Positions 1 through 8,651 of a stretch of DNA of 64,000 bases are shown one piece after another. Source of the DNA: an uncultured Anaerolineae bacterium (GTDB lineage: Bacteria > Chloroflexota > Anaerolineae > Aggregatilineales > Phototrophicaceae). The notes under the pieces are model-generated. The model was not told where the DNA came from. It worked only from the letters and a program-made list of their open reading frames with translations, and did not search any database. The translations under genes were made by a program, and so were the position numbers. The stretch's first letter is position 1. Each line of letters opens with the position of its first letter. The stretch spans positions 4,213-68,212 of the forward strand of contig CALIEB010000016.1 of NCBI GenBank assembly GCA_938022205.1, in the 5' to 3' direction.

Positions 1-407
1 CGCGTGCCGTTGGTGCTGCCCATGTCCTCTAAGTACAGCAGCCCATCGATGAGCGTGATGCGTGCGTGCTGGCGCGACACGCCGGCACTAAATGCGCCGT
101 ACGGCGTGAGGTCAAAGCCAACGGCTTTTTGGTCTTCTTCGTCCAGCACACGCCCGACGATGAGATTGTCACGTACTGGCATGACGACCTGTTTTTGTTC
201 AAAACGCCAGCGCAGCCTCCAACCTTGCTTGAGTTCGGTGGTGGTGTCGCGTGGCACGCGCGGCGGCGCGGGTTCAGCGGGTGGCAAGCTCAGCGCGTTC
301 GTTTCGCGGCGATTTTTGGTGTCATCTTTTTCGGGTGTGTTGGGCAAGGGATTGTTCCTTTGCGTGTGATACGTGCCTATACTTCGAAGTATACACGATA
401 TTGCCAT
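1..407 (-). CDS. FHA domain-containing protein, N-terminal part (gene runs off the left edge)
   Basis: Absent from the ORF track because it has no stop inside the window. My reverse-strand translation from ATG 407-405 gives MAISCILRSIGTYHTQRNNPLPNTPEKDDTKNRRETNALSLPPAEPAPPRVPRDTTTELKQGWRLRWRFEQKQVVMPVRDNLIVGRVLDEEDQKAVGFDLTPYGAFSAGVSRQHARITLIDGLLYLEDMGSTNGT. This carries the FHA pattern IVGR...VSRQHA...L.D.GSTNGT. The start is uncertain: there is no SD and a palindrome lies at codons 5-10. Confidence 0.6.
   Translation of the reverse strand, partial: MAISCILRSIGTYHTQRNNPLPNTPEKDDTKNRRETNALSLPPAEPAPPRVPRDTTTELKQGWRLRWRFEQKQVVMPVRDNLIVGRVLDEEDQKAVGFDLTPYGAFSAGVSRQHARITLIDGLLYLEDMGSTNGT
378..393. 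promoter_or_regulatory. Perfect 16-bp palindrome TATACTTCGAAGTATA, candidate operator
   Basis: Read directly from the sequence. It is an AT-rich, fully self-complementary 16-mer in GC-rich context. It lies between the stop of the 434-1093 gene and the conserved part of the FHA gene. Confidence 0.3.
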
Positions 408-433
408 GATTAACCCAACGAAGTGAGGATTTT

Positions 434-1093
434 CTATCGTTTTGTTTGGTGCCGCTGGGCTTGCTCTGCCAACAGTTCGGCGAGCGTCTTGACATCGCTG
501 TCGGAAGTTTTACGCTCAGAAAAGTCTATGGAGCTAGCCGCCCACTCAGTCACAGCCCGCTTGCGCTTCTCTCCAGCCGCTGCCTCACGATCTTGCTTAA
601 GCTCCTCGACCTTGCGCTTGGGCTTGGCGGCGGCTTTTGCGCTTGTGTCAAGGGCATCGGGCGCAAAAGAGGGCGTGAGAGCGCGCCAAAGCGCGCCGAG
701 AATGGAACGACGGTACGCGAGAACTTGTCCGGGCAGCGTTTCGGCAAATCGTCCCTGTATCAGGCTGAGCGTGGCTTGCACAAAGCGCAAGAAGTGCATC
801 GGCAGCGCGTACATCAACCCGAGTATCATCACCCCTTCGAAAAACCCTATGCCATAGCCATAGTAGGTATAGCTCGGAAAGAACAGGAAATACGGCACCG
901 CGACGAACATCAGCAAGGTGGTGAGGCTTGCCAAGAAGAACATGCCCACATAAGCCCACTTTACGATGCCGCCTAAAATGCTGCCGTCGCTGATGTCGAC
1001 AAAGAAGCGTGCCAAGAGCAGCAAGAATTGCCAGCCCATCCAACCCATCAAGAACATGCCAACGCCTGCTAACAACAACGACATCATCATCAC
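434..1093 (-). CDS. Hypothetical polytopic membrane protein with a charged C-terminal tail
   Basis: This is the internal part of ORF 434..1588. SD GGAAGGAG lies 4-7 nt before GTG(1093)/ATG(1090). The GTG overlaps the TGA of the upstream CLC gene (GTGA). About 4 hydrophobic helices (MMMSLLLAGVGMFLMGWMGWQFLLLLA...) are followed by a K/E/R-rich tail. I recognise no family. Confidence 0.6.
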   Translation of the reverse strand: MMMMSLLLAGVGMFLMGWMGWQFLLLLARFFVDISDGSILGGIVKWAYVGMFFLASLTTLLMFVAVPYFLFFPSYTYYGYGIGFFEGVMILGLMYALPMHFLRFVQATLSLIQGRFAETLPGQVLAYRRSILGALWRALTPSFAPDALDTSAKAAAKPKRKVEELKQDREAAAGEKRKRAVTEWAASSIDFSERKTSDSDVKTLAELLAEQAQRHQTKR

Positions 1094-2325
1094 GTGACTC
1101 CTTCCCATTTGCGTGTTTCCACGCGCTGCGTGTGATAGATGCTGGCGTGTCCGCTGAACACGTATGCTACTGCACACGCGACGAACAGGTAGAGCGTCGC
1201 GCCACTGCCGAACAGCTCCACGCCCATCAACGCGCTGGCGAGCGGTGTGTTGGTGGCGGCGGCGAACACCGCGACAAAGCCCGCGCTCGCCAGCAACCCG
1301 GTGTCTACGCCTAGCACTGCGCTTAACGTGTAACCCAGCGTTGCGCCGATGACGAACAGCGGTGTGACTTCGCCGCCCATGAAGCCGCTGCCCAGCGTCA
1401 CCACCGTGAACAGCAGCTTGAGGGCGAAGGCTGCCCACAGCACATCCTCGCCGCGCACGCTTTGTTGAATGAGCGGCAAGCTCAAGCCGAGATAGTCCTG
1501 TGTTTGCAAGAGCAGCGTCAACGCGATGACCACCAGCCCGCCGACCACCGGGCGCAGCGGCGCGTAGGCGACAAAACGTCGCTGCCACGCTTTAACGAGG
1601 TCAACGCCGCGCACGAAGAACTCGCTGGTCAGCCCAAACGCCACGCCCGCCAGCGCAACCTTTATCAGCAGCAGCGCGTCGAGTTCCACGTGTGCTAGCG
1701 TCGGGTAGATGCTGTGTCCCGCGCCAAGCGTGTGCGATGTCCAATCGCCGACGACAGCTGCCACTAAGCACGGCATGAGCGCGTCGTAGCGCAGCTTGCC
1801 GACGCTGCTCACTTCCATGCCGAAGACGAAGCCGGCGATAGGCGTGCCGAACACGCCGCCGAAGCCGCCGCTGATGCCTGCTAGCAACAGCAGCGGGCGC
1901 TCGCTTCGTGGCAAGCGCAGGGCGCGCCGCAGGGTATCGGCGAGGCTTGCGCCCATCTGCACGGCGGTGCCTTCGCGTCCCGCGCTGCCGCCGAAGAGGT
2001 GCGTGATGACTGTGCCTGCTAGCACCAGTGGGGTCATGCGCAACGGCACGCGCTCGCGGTTGGCGTGGACTTCGCCGATGACGAGATGCGTGCCTTCGCT
2101 GGCTTTGCCACCGAAGCGATGGTAGACGTAGCCGACGACGAAGCCCGCCAGCGGCAGCCCGAACAGCAGAACGGGCGTGGTGAGGCGCGTTGTTGTCGCC
2201 CAATCGAGCGAGCGCAGAAACACCGCTGCTGCGCTGCCTGACAAAATGCCGACGGCTGCGCTTAGCAGTGTCCAGCGTGCCAATCCCAGCAAAATCGACG
2301 GCACGCGCAGAAGTCGGGCGCGCAT
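1090..2325 (-). CDS. CLC-family anion channel/antiporter, with fluoride-clade (CLC-F)-like motifs
   Basis: 411 aa and polytopic. CLC signature loops are present: GGSAGREGTAVQMGA, GGFGGVFGTPIAGFVFGMEV and GGEVTPLFVIGATLG. GREGT and GEVTP replace the canonical GREGP and GxFAP. Confidence 0.85.
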   Translation of the reverse strand: MRARLLRVPSILLGLARWTLLSAAVGILSGSAAAVFLRSLDWATTTRLTTPVLLFGLPLAGFVVGYVYHRFGGKASEGTHLVIGEVHANRERVPLRMTPLVLAGTVITHLFGGSAGREGTAVQMGASLADTLRRALRLPRSERPLLLLAGISGGFGGVFGTPIAGFVFGMEVSSVGKLRYDALMPCLVAAVVGDWTSHTLGAGHSIYPTLAHVELDALLLIKVALAGVAFGLTSEFFVRGVDLVKAWQRRFVAYAPLRPVVGGLVVIALTLLLQTQDYLGLSLPLIQQSVRGEDVLWAAFALKLLFTVVTLGSGFMGGEVTPLFVIGATLGYTLSAVLGVDTGLLASAGFVAVFAAATNTPLASALMGVELFGSGATLYLFVACAVAYVFSGHASIYHTQRVETRKWEGVT

Positions 2326-2326
2326 G

Positions 2327-3367
2327 TTAGGGCATCCACACGGGGAACAGGTGGTCGCTGTTGCCGTCGGTCACGCGGCGCACGTTGCTGCCGTCGGCGT
2401 TCATGACGTAGACGTGCCAGTTGCCCTCTGCGTTGCTGACATAGGCAACGTGCTGTCCGTCGGGTGACCAGACCGCCGCGCCTGCGAACGTGCCGTCGAA
2501 TGGCGCGGGTTTGGGCGCGTCTTGGGCGAGGTCAACGCCCCAAAGCACGACGCGCCCCGCCAGCAGCGCGCTGTCGTCGGCATCATGCACATAGAGCAGG
2601 CGCGTGCCGTCAAGCTCCCACATGGCGCGCAAGTCGTCGTGCGGGCTGTCGGTCAGGCGCGTGAGGTCGCTGCCGTCGGCGTTCATGACGTAGATGTCTT
2701 CGTTGCCGCTGCGGTCGCTGGCGAAGGCGACCCGCGCGCTGTCGGGCGACCATGCGCCGAACCAATCGCGCGCGCCGTTGCGGGTCAGCCGCGTCGCGTT
2801 GGCGAGGTCAAGCGTGTCCGCTAGCGGAATGACGTACAGCTCGAGGTTGAAGTCACGCAGCGACGACCAAAGCAGCTTGTCACCGCGTGGCGACCACACC
2901 GGATCCCAGTCAAACCGCCCCTCGCCGACCATCATCAGCACCGCTTGTACGATGCTGAGCGTGCGCAGCCCCGTCCCGTCAGGCTTGACCTGCGTTGGCA
3001 CGAGTTCGTTGCTGCCGCGTGAGCTGATGAAGTTAATCATGCCGCCGTCCAGCGCAAAGCTGGGGAAGTAATGATGTGCGCCGCTGCCGTCATCGGTCAG
3101 ATTTTGCAGCGTGCCGTCGGGGTCAAGGCGGTAGACATCCCAGCTGCCCGTGCGGTTGCTGCTGAACGCCAGCGTGGCGGGCGGGGGGGCAAAGGGAATG
3201 CCTGCCGCTGTGTCGGGCGTGGCTTCGGCGAGCGCGGCGGTGTCGGCGCGTCCACTGCCTAGCTGCAGCGTGGCGTTGCGACTGACAAACGTCAGCCAAC
3301 CAACCGCTAGCCCTATCAGCGTAACCACCGCCAAAATCAGTGTGAAAATCAGTCGCTTGCGGGGCAT
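2327..3367 (-). CDS. PD40/TolB-like beta-propeller repeat protein, N-terminally membrane anchored
   Basis: N-terminal TM helix LIFTLILAVVTLIGLAVGWL. Repeated WSPDG...VAF/Y.S.R.G..D(I/V)YVMNADGS..(T)RLT units are typical of PD40 (WD40-like) repeats. Confidence 0.8.
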   Translation of the reverse strand: MPRKRLIFTLILAVVTLIGLAVGWLTFVSRNATLQLGSGRADTAALAEATPDTAAGIPFAPPPATLAFSSNRTGSWDVYRLDPDGTLQNLTDDGSGAHHYFPSFALDGGMINFISSRGSNELVPTQVKPDGTGLRTLSIVQAVLMMVGEGRFDWDPVWSPRGDKLLWSSLRDFNLELYVIPLADTLDLANATRLTRNGARDWFGAWSPDSARVAFASDRSGNEDIYVMNADGSDLTRLTDSPHDDLRAMWELDGTRLLYVHDADDSALLAGRVVLWGVDLAQDAPKPAPFDGTFAGAAVWSPDGQHVAYVSNAEGNWHVYVMNADGSNVRRVTDGNSDHLFPVWMP

Positions 3368-3378
3368 CTGTGCTTACC

Positions 3379-4989
3379 TCACATCCTAAACACGCCGTAT
3401 TTGGTGGACTGTGTGGGGGCGTTGAGCGCGGCACTGAGCGCAAGTGCCAGCACGCGCCGCGTTTGCGCGGGGTCGAGGATGCCGTCGTCCCACAGACGCG
3501 CCGTGCTATAGTAGGGGCTGCCCTCGCGTTCGTACTTGTCGAGGATGGGCTGCTTGAAGGCGGCTTGGGCGGCTTCGTCGAGGTCGCCCTCGTTGTTGCG
3601 CAGCATCTGGTCACGCTTGATGGTGAGCAGCACGTTGGCGGCTTGTTCGCCGCCCATGACGCTGATGCGGGCGTTGGGGTACATCCACAGGAAGCGCGGC
3701 GCATAAGCCCGCCCGCACATGCCGTAGTTGCCCGCGCCGAAGCTGCCGCCGATGATGACGGTGAACTTTGGCACGGCGGCGTTGGCGACGGCATGCACCA
3801 TCTTCGCGCCGTCGCGAGCGATGCCTTGATTTTCGTATTCGCGTCCCACCATGAAGCCGGTGATGTTCTGCAGGAACAGCAGCGGCACGTTGCGCATCGT
3901 GCAAAGCTCGATGAAGTGCGCGCCCTTCAACGCCGATTCGCTGAACAGCACGCCGTTGTTGGCGACAATGCCGATGGGGTAGCCCTCGATGCGCGCAAAG
4001 CCGGTGACCAGCGTCGTGCCGTAGTTGGCTTTGAACTCTTGAAAGCGGCTGCCGTCGACGATGCGCGCGATGACTTCGCGCACGTCGTAGCTCTCTTTGA
4101 ACGAGGTGGGGATGATGCCGTAGAGTTCTTCGGGGTCGTAAAGCGGCGGCTCTGGGGCGCGCACGTCGAGGTCAACGCGCTTGCGCGTGTTGAGCGTGCC
4201 GACGATGCCGCGCAAAATCTCGATGGCGTGGTCATCGTCTTCGGCGAAGTAGTCCGCCACGCCACTTTTGTGGGTGTGGACATACGCGCCGCCCAGCTCC
4301 TCAGCGGTGACCTCTTCGCCGGTGGCGGCTTTGACCAGCGGCGGACCCGCCAAGAAAATCGTGCCTGTGCCTTTGACAATCACCGTCTCATCAGACATCG
4401 CGGGGACGTACGCACCGCCCGCCGTGCAGCTGCCCATGACGCAGGCGATTTGCGGGATGCCGCGCGCGCTCATCTGCGCTTGGTTGTAGAAGATGCGCCC
4501 AAAGTCGTCCGCATCGGGGAACACCTCGTCTTGCATGGGCAAGAACGCGCCGCCGCTGTCGACCAAGTAGATACAGGGCAAATGGTTTTCGAGGGCGATT
4601 TGTTGGGCGCGCAAGTGCTTCTTGACCGTCATGGGGTAGTAAGAGCCGCCTTTGACGGTGGCATCGTTGGCAATAATCAAGCACTCCACGCCTTGCACGC
4701 GCCCGATGCCCGCCACCAAGCCCGCGCAAGGGGTTTCGTCGGGATAAAGGTGGTAGGCGGCCAGCGGCGCAATCTCTAAGAAGGGCGAGCCTGTATCCAA
4801 GAGCTTGTCAATGCGGTCACGCACGAACAGCTTGCCCTGCTCGCGATGTCGCTGCTGATAGCGTGCGCCGCCGCCTTCGCGTACCACCGCCAGCCGCTGC
4901 CTAAGCTCAGCGACCAGCGCACGGTTAGCGGCGGCGTGCTGCTGAAAGCGTTCGTCGTCGGTGCGAACGTGGGTCTCTAAAACTTCCAT
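3379..4989 (-). CDS. Acyl-CoA carboxylase carboxyltransferase (beta) subunit, methylcrotonyl-CoA carboxylase-like
   Basis: 536 aa. The carboxyltransferase fold shows in motifs such as [47 protein letters not shown] and [26 protein letters not shown] precedes the ATG. No biotin carboxylase partner is in the window. Confidence 0.9.
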   Translation of the reverse strand: MEVLETHVRTDDERFQQHAAANRALVAELRQRLAVVREGGGARYQQRHREQGKLFVRDRIDKLLDTGSPFLEIAPLAAYHLYPDETPCAGLVAGIGRVQGVECLIIANDATVKGGSYYPMTVKKHLRAQQIALENHLPCIYLVDSGGAFLPMQDEVFPDADDFGRIFYNQAQMSARGIPQIACVMGSCTAGGAYVPAMSDETVIVKGTGTIFLAGPPLVKAATGEEVTAEELGGAYVHTHKSGVADYFAEDDDHAIEILRGIVGTLNTRKRVDLDVRAPEPPLYDPEELYGIIPTSFKESYDVREVIARIVDGSRFQEFKANYGTTLVTGFARIEGYPIGIVANNGVLFSESALKGAHFIELCTMRNVPLLFLQNITGFMVGREYENQGIARDGAKMVHAVANAAVPKFTVIIGGSFGAGNYGMCGRAYAPRFLWMYPNARISVMGGEQAANVLLTIKRDQMLRNNEGDLDEAAQAAFKQPILDKYEREGSPYYSTARLWDDGILDPAQTRRVLALALSAALNAPTQSTKYGVFRM

Positions 4990-5084
4990 GCGGCTTCTCC
5001 TCAGGTGCGGGGGTTGATGCTGCCCCTAGTGTAACACAAGTTGGCGGTGCGAGTGTAGGCGTTCGTGCTGCTTGCGGGCTCTTT

Positions 5085-5115
5085 TTGTTAAGAAAAGTCA
5101 AGTATCACTTAACAA
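5085..5115. promoter_or_regulatory. Inverted repeat TTGTTAAG-N15-CTTAACAA in an AT-rich divergent promoter region
   Basis: Read directly. Two 8-bp arms lie inside the roughly 300-bp AT-rich gap between the carboxyltransferase gene (minus) and the 5316 gene (plus). Confidence 0.25.
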
Positions 5116-5229
5116 TCATGACAGTTTGCGTAAAAACTATTTTGGGAAAATTTTCTCGATTATTCCGCCAATTTTTAGGAATAAAGGCGAAAAAATGAAA
5201 AGTTGCCCAAAAATCAATCATTAAGGGTA

Positions 5230-5258
5230 TTGACATTTACTTAAACTTGATTTAACAT
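5230..5258 (+). promoter_or_regulatory. Sigma70-like promoter candidate (TTGACA-17-TAACAT)
   Basis: TTGACA at 5230-5235, a 17-nt spacer, then TAACAT at 5253-5258. It sits about 58 nt upstream of ATG 5316. Confidence 0.4.
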
Positions 5259-5315
5259 AAAGAGACTAACCAAACAGGATGCCTTGACATCCTTATGCAG
5301 AAAGTGAGGGGATTG

Positions 5316-5756
5316 ATGAACATCAACAAAGCACAGACCATTCTTAACCACGTGGGGCAGCTTGCCCGCATCGTCGGCACGTTCCAAGCGCGCTTCGGGC
5401 GTGATTATCGCATTAACGACAGCAGCTCCACCGTTGCGCTCGACCTGTACCGCCAAGCGATGGCAGAACAGACGCACATTGCCAACCTGCTCGCGCCGCA
5501 AGCCGTCGCCAACGCTTACAGCCGCTATGGCAAATGGTGGGAACGCCGCGACATGCTCGACACCGCAATGGTCAACGCGCTCTCGCAGGAAGCTATTACG
5601 CTGGTGGAACGCTGCGCCTACTTGGTGGCGGAGGGTCAGCCTACCGAAGACGCACCGAGCCTGATGATTGTACAGCAGTCGATTGCGGGGATGCTGCATC
5701 CCTCCACGCGCCCGCTGGCAGTGAGCATGATGGACCGCGTTCAGGAGGCTGTGTAA
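5316..5756 (+). CDS. Hypothetical protein (146 aa, predicted helical, no recognised family)
   Basis: In-frame with ORF 5295..5756. I prefer ATG 5316 because GTGAGGGG sits 4 nt upstream. It is flanked by its own promoter-like region and a strong terminator, so it looks monocistronic. Confidence 0.6.
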   Translation: MNINKAQTILNHVGQLARIVGTFQARFGRDYRINDSSSTVALDLYRQAMAEQTHIANLLAPQAVANAYSRYGKWWERRDMLDTAMVNALSQEAITLVERCAYLVAEGQPTEDAPSLMIVQQSIAGMLHPSTRPLAVSMMDRVQEAV

Positions 5757-5791
5757 ATGCGCCTAAGCAAGCGCAACCCGCATAGTACCTA

Positions 5792-5831
5792 GCCACGCTC
5801 ACAAGCAACCTGTGAGCGTGGCTTTTTATTT
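5792..5831 (+). terminator. Rho-independent terminator
   Basis: GCCACGCTCACA-agcaacc-TGTGAGCGTGGC forms a 12-bp perfect stem, followed by TTTTTATTT. The T-tract overlaps the stop of the convergent livM-like gene. Confidence 0.75.
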
Positions 5832-6891
5832 ACTTTGGTTTGCGTCGCTGTGCGCGCCAGCGGTGCCATGTTCCCACAATGCCATAAGGGAACACCAGCA
5901 CGACCACGATAAAGACCAGCCCGAGCAAGAAGTTCCAGCTCTCGCCGACGTTGATGACGGTCGTGCCGAGCGTGAGTTTAGCGTCGCGCAGCAGCACGTC
6001 CGCTAGCTCTAGCCCCGCCGCCCCCAGCACAGGTCCGACGAACGTGCCTACGCCGCCGATAATGGTCATTAGCAGCGCGTCGACGGTGTGGGTGACGCTG
6101 AGGTATTCGGGGCGCGCGCTCTTGTTGAGAATGCCGTGCAGGATGCCCGCGCCGCCTGCCATCGTGCTAGCGACGGTGATGGCAAACAGCTTAAAGCGCA
6201 GCGTGTGGTAGCCGATAGCTTTGGCGCGTTCTTCGTTCTCACGAATAGCTTGGAAGACGCGCCCGGTTGGTGAGCTGACCAGCCGACGGATGAAGAAGAA
6301 CGTGAAGGCGAACGCCGCCAGCGCAATGTAGTACAAGAAGATGCGATTTTGCGTGGGGTCGATAAAGGTGGGCAGGCTCTTGAGCGTCAGCCCGTCTTCG
6401 CCGTTGGTGGCGGGAAAACGCCCAAAAAACACCCAGACCATTTCGGCGATTGCTAGCGTGAAGATGGCGAAGTACACGCCGCGCAGCCGCAGCGTCGCCA
6501 ACCCAATCGTCAAGCCTAACAGCCCACAAATCCCCAGCGTGAGCAGCACGCCGACCAGCAAGCCTAGCGTTGGCTCTAGCCCCATAAACTCTAGCGTCAT
6601 GCCGGTAATGTACGCGCCGCCGCCAAAGAAGAGCGCGTGACCGAAGCTAATCACGCCGGTGAAGCCAAACATCAGGTTGTAGCTCATGACGAGGATGGCG
6701 AGCGCGAACAGCTCGATAAACACCGACTGCCAGTATGTCGACTGCCCGCGCATAATGAAGCGGTCGCCGCGCTGCACGCCCAGCGGGCTGCTGTCGGTTG
6801 CCCAGCCGATAAGGTGCGGCAGCAGGATAAGCAGCACTAGCACAGTGAGATAAAGCCAGTTCTCTTTGAGAAATTTGCCTACTCTGTTCAT
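5830..6891 (-). CDS. livM: Branched-chain amino acid ABC transporter permease (LivM-type)
   Basis: 353 aa polytopic protein. The LivM-like motif GVISFGHALFFGGGAYITG is present. It abuts the livH-like gene with no gap. Confidence 0.88.
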   Translation of the reverse strand: MNRVGKFLKENWLYLTVLVLLILLPHLIGWATDSSPLGVQRGDRFIMRGQSTYWQSVFIELFALAILVMSYNLMFGFTGVISFGHALFFGGGAYITGMTLEFMGLEPTLGLLVGVLLTLGICGLLGLTIGLATLRLRGVYFAIFTLAIAEMVWVFFGRFPATNGEDGLTLKSLPTFIDPTQNRIFLYYIALAAFAFTFFFIRRLVSSPTGRVFQAIRENEERAKAIGYHTLRFKLFAITVASTMAGGAGILHGILNKSARPEYLSVTHTVDALLMTIIGGVGTFVGPVLGAAGLELADVLLRDAKLTLGTTVINVGESWNFLLGLVFIVVVLVFPYGIVGTWHRWRAQRRKPK

Positions 6892-7947
6892 TTAGCGTGC
6901 CTCCCCAAACAACCCATTCGGACGCAGCAGCAGAATGAACGCCAGCAGCAGCATGGGCGTGGTGCTGGACAAGACGGTGCCGATGTTGGTGAACAGGCTG
7001 AATTGTTCCATCGTTGCCCACGCCAAGCCGACGATAAAGCTGGCGATGGCTGTGCCTTCGTAGCTGCCCAAGCCACCCAGCACAATGACCGCGATGGCTG
7101 CCAAGAGGAACGTTGCCCCCATGCTAGGGGTTGCGCCCAAGAAAGGTGCGGCAACCGCGCCACCCAGCGATGCCAGCATGCAGCCCAGCGCAAACACCAG
7201 CGTAAAGACCGCGCGCACGTTGATGCCTAGCGCGTTGACCATTTCGTCGTCTTCCACGCCGGCGCGGATGATAATCCCGATGCGCGTGCGCCGCAGCAGC
7301 AATGCTACCGCAAAAATCATGATGAAGCCCGCCAGAATGATGAACAGGCGGTACATGCTGAAGGGCTGCCCGAACAGCTCAAACTGTGCGTCTTGCAACG
7401 CCAGCTTCGCAGTCCACGAGTTAGGGGTTGTTCCCCACACGCCCTTGATGAACTCCAGCATGACAATCGACACGCCGAACGTCAACACCAGCTGAAAGAG
7501 TGGGCGTTCGTAAAGCGGGCGCAGCAGCACACGCTCCAAGACGAAGCCCAGCACCAAGCCGACGATAATCGCCAAAAGCACGCCGACCACAAAGCGCAGG
7601 TTGGGGTCGGGGATGCTGTCGCCCATGCGCAGCACGCCCATGTTGCTGTGCTGGAAGTCGTAAGCCACATACGCGCCGAGCATGAAGTACGCGCCCTGCG
7701 CGAAGTTCAGGATGTCCATTAAGCCGAAGATGATGCTTAAGCCTGCCGCCACCAAGAACAGCAGCATTGCTCGCAGCAAGCCCGACAAAATCGTGATGCT
7801 AAACGTTGCCATGTTGCCCTGCGAGGCGTACAACGCTACGCCCACCACAATCAGCAGTAGCGCGACCACCAGCGTGAACGCGCTCGTGCTGTACAACCAC
7901 TTGCCAAACGAGAAAAATAGTCGCAGTAAGCCTAAAATTGTCCGCAT
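6892..7947 (-). CDS. livH: Branched-chain amino acid ABC transporter permease (LivH-type)
   Basis: 351 aa polytopic protein with the LivH-like motif GLSIIFGLMDILNFAQGAYFMLGAY. Its start overlaps the stop of the upstream ATPase gene (TAATG). Confidence 0.88.
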   Translation of the reverse strand: MRTILGLLRLFFSFGKWLYSTSAFTLVVALLLIVVGVALYASQGNMATFSITILSGLLRAMLLFLVAAGLSIIFGLMDILNFAQGAYFMLGAYVAYDFQHSNMGVLRMGDSIPDPNLRFVVGVLLAIIVGLVLGFVLERVLLRPLYERPLFQLVLTFGVSIVMLEFIKGVWGTTPNSWTAKLALQDAQFELFGQPFSMYRLFIILAGFIMIFAVALLLRRTRIGIIIRAGVEDDEMVNALGINVRAVFTLVFALGCMLASLGGAVAAPFLGATPSMGATFLLAAIAVIVLGGLGSYEGTAIASFIVGLAWATMEQFSLFTNIGTVLSSTTPMLLLAFILLLRPNGLFGEAR

Positions 7948-8651
7948 TACGCCACCCCCAAATACTTGTTGATGAGTGCTTGGTCTTTGCTCAAGTCGGC
8001 CATGCTGCCCGATGCGACGCTTTGGCCCTCGTCAATGATGACGTAGCTGTCTGCGAGTTTGCTGGCAACACGGAAGTTTTGTTCGACCAACAGCACTGTT
8101 TTTTCACTTGAAAGGCGTTTAATCGCCTCCATGACTTGCTCAATCAGGACGGGCGCAAGCCCCTCGCTGGGTTCGTCAATCAGCAGCAAGCGGTTGTTAG
8201 GCACCAGCGCGCGCGCAATCGCCAGCATTTGCTGCTGACCGCCGCTTAGGTTGCCGCCCGGCAGATGATACAGCCGCTTGAGGTCAGGAAACAGGTCGAA
8301 GATAAAGTCTAGGCTACGGTCAAGGTCGCCGCGCTCGCGGGCGGCAATTTCAAGGTTCTCGCGCACGCTAAGCTGTTTGAAGATGGCGCGATGCTCCGGC
8401 ACATAGCCAATGCCCAAGCGCGCCACCGCAAAAGAGGTCTTGCCATGAATGGGGCTGCCTTCAAACAAAATTTCGCCCGTCTTGGGCGGTGTGATGCCCA
8501 TGATGCTCTTGAGCGTGGTCGTCTTGCCCGCCCCGTTGCGCCCGAGCAGCACCGTAATTTGCCCGTGTTGCACGCTGACGTTTACGCCCTCGAGGATGTG
8601 GAACTGCCCGATAAAGGTGTGAACGTTGCGCAGCTCTAAAAGGTTAGCCAT
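7947..8651 (-). CDS. livF: ABC transporter ATP-binding protein (LivF-type)
   Basis: Walker [10 protein letters not shown], signature LSGGQQQ and Walker B LLLIDEPS are present. I chose ATG 8651 ([10 protein letters not shown]) because AGGAGG lies 5 nt upstream. The ORF-track start at 8669 is less likely. Confidence 0.9.
   Translation of the reverse strand: MANLLELRNVHTFIGQFHILEGVNVSVQHGQITVLLGRNGAGKTTTLKSIMGITPPKTGEILFEGSPIHGKTSFAVARLGIGYVPEHRAIFKQLSVRENLEIAARERGDLDRSLDFIFDLFPDLKRLYHLPGGNLSGGQQQMLAIARALVPNNRLLLIDEPSEGLAPVLIEQVMEAIKRLSSEKTVLLVEQNFRVASKLADSYVIIDEGQSVASGSMADLSKDQALINKYLGVA

Noticed and set aside
1094-1588. Upstream extension of ORF 434..1588 into the CLC gene
   Set aside because: It is Arg-rich nonsense overlapping the CLC coding region. 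An SD plus GTG/ATG at 1093/1090 marks the real start.
2326-2326. Fluoride riboswitch upstream of the CLC gene
   Set aside because: Only 1 nt separates the CLC start from the upstream stop. I also did not recognise a crcB-motif-like structure anywhere in 1-5300 by eye.
3370-4779. 469-aa ORF on the plus strand, antisense to the carboxyltransferase gene
   Set aside because: It is Ala/Arg/Gly/Val-rich with no motifs and lies fully inside a gene with unmistakable family signatures. This is a typical GC-rich shadow ORF.
5196-5225. Mini-ORF ATG AAA AGT TGC CCA AAA ATC AAT CAT TAA (MKSCPKINH) in the AT-rich region, considered as a leader peptide
   Set aside because: It has only 9 codons and a weak purine tract upstream. 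No attenuator structure follows and its conservation is unknowable here. It is not supportable.
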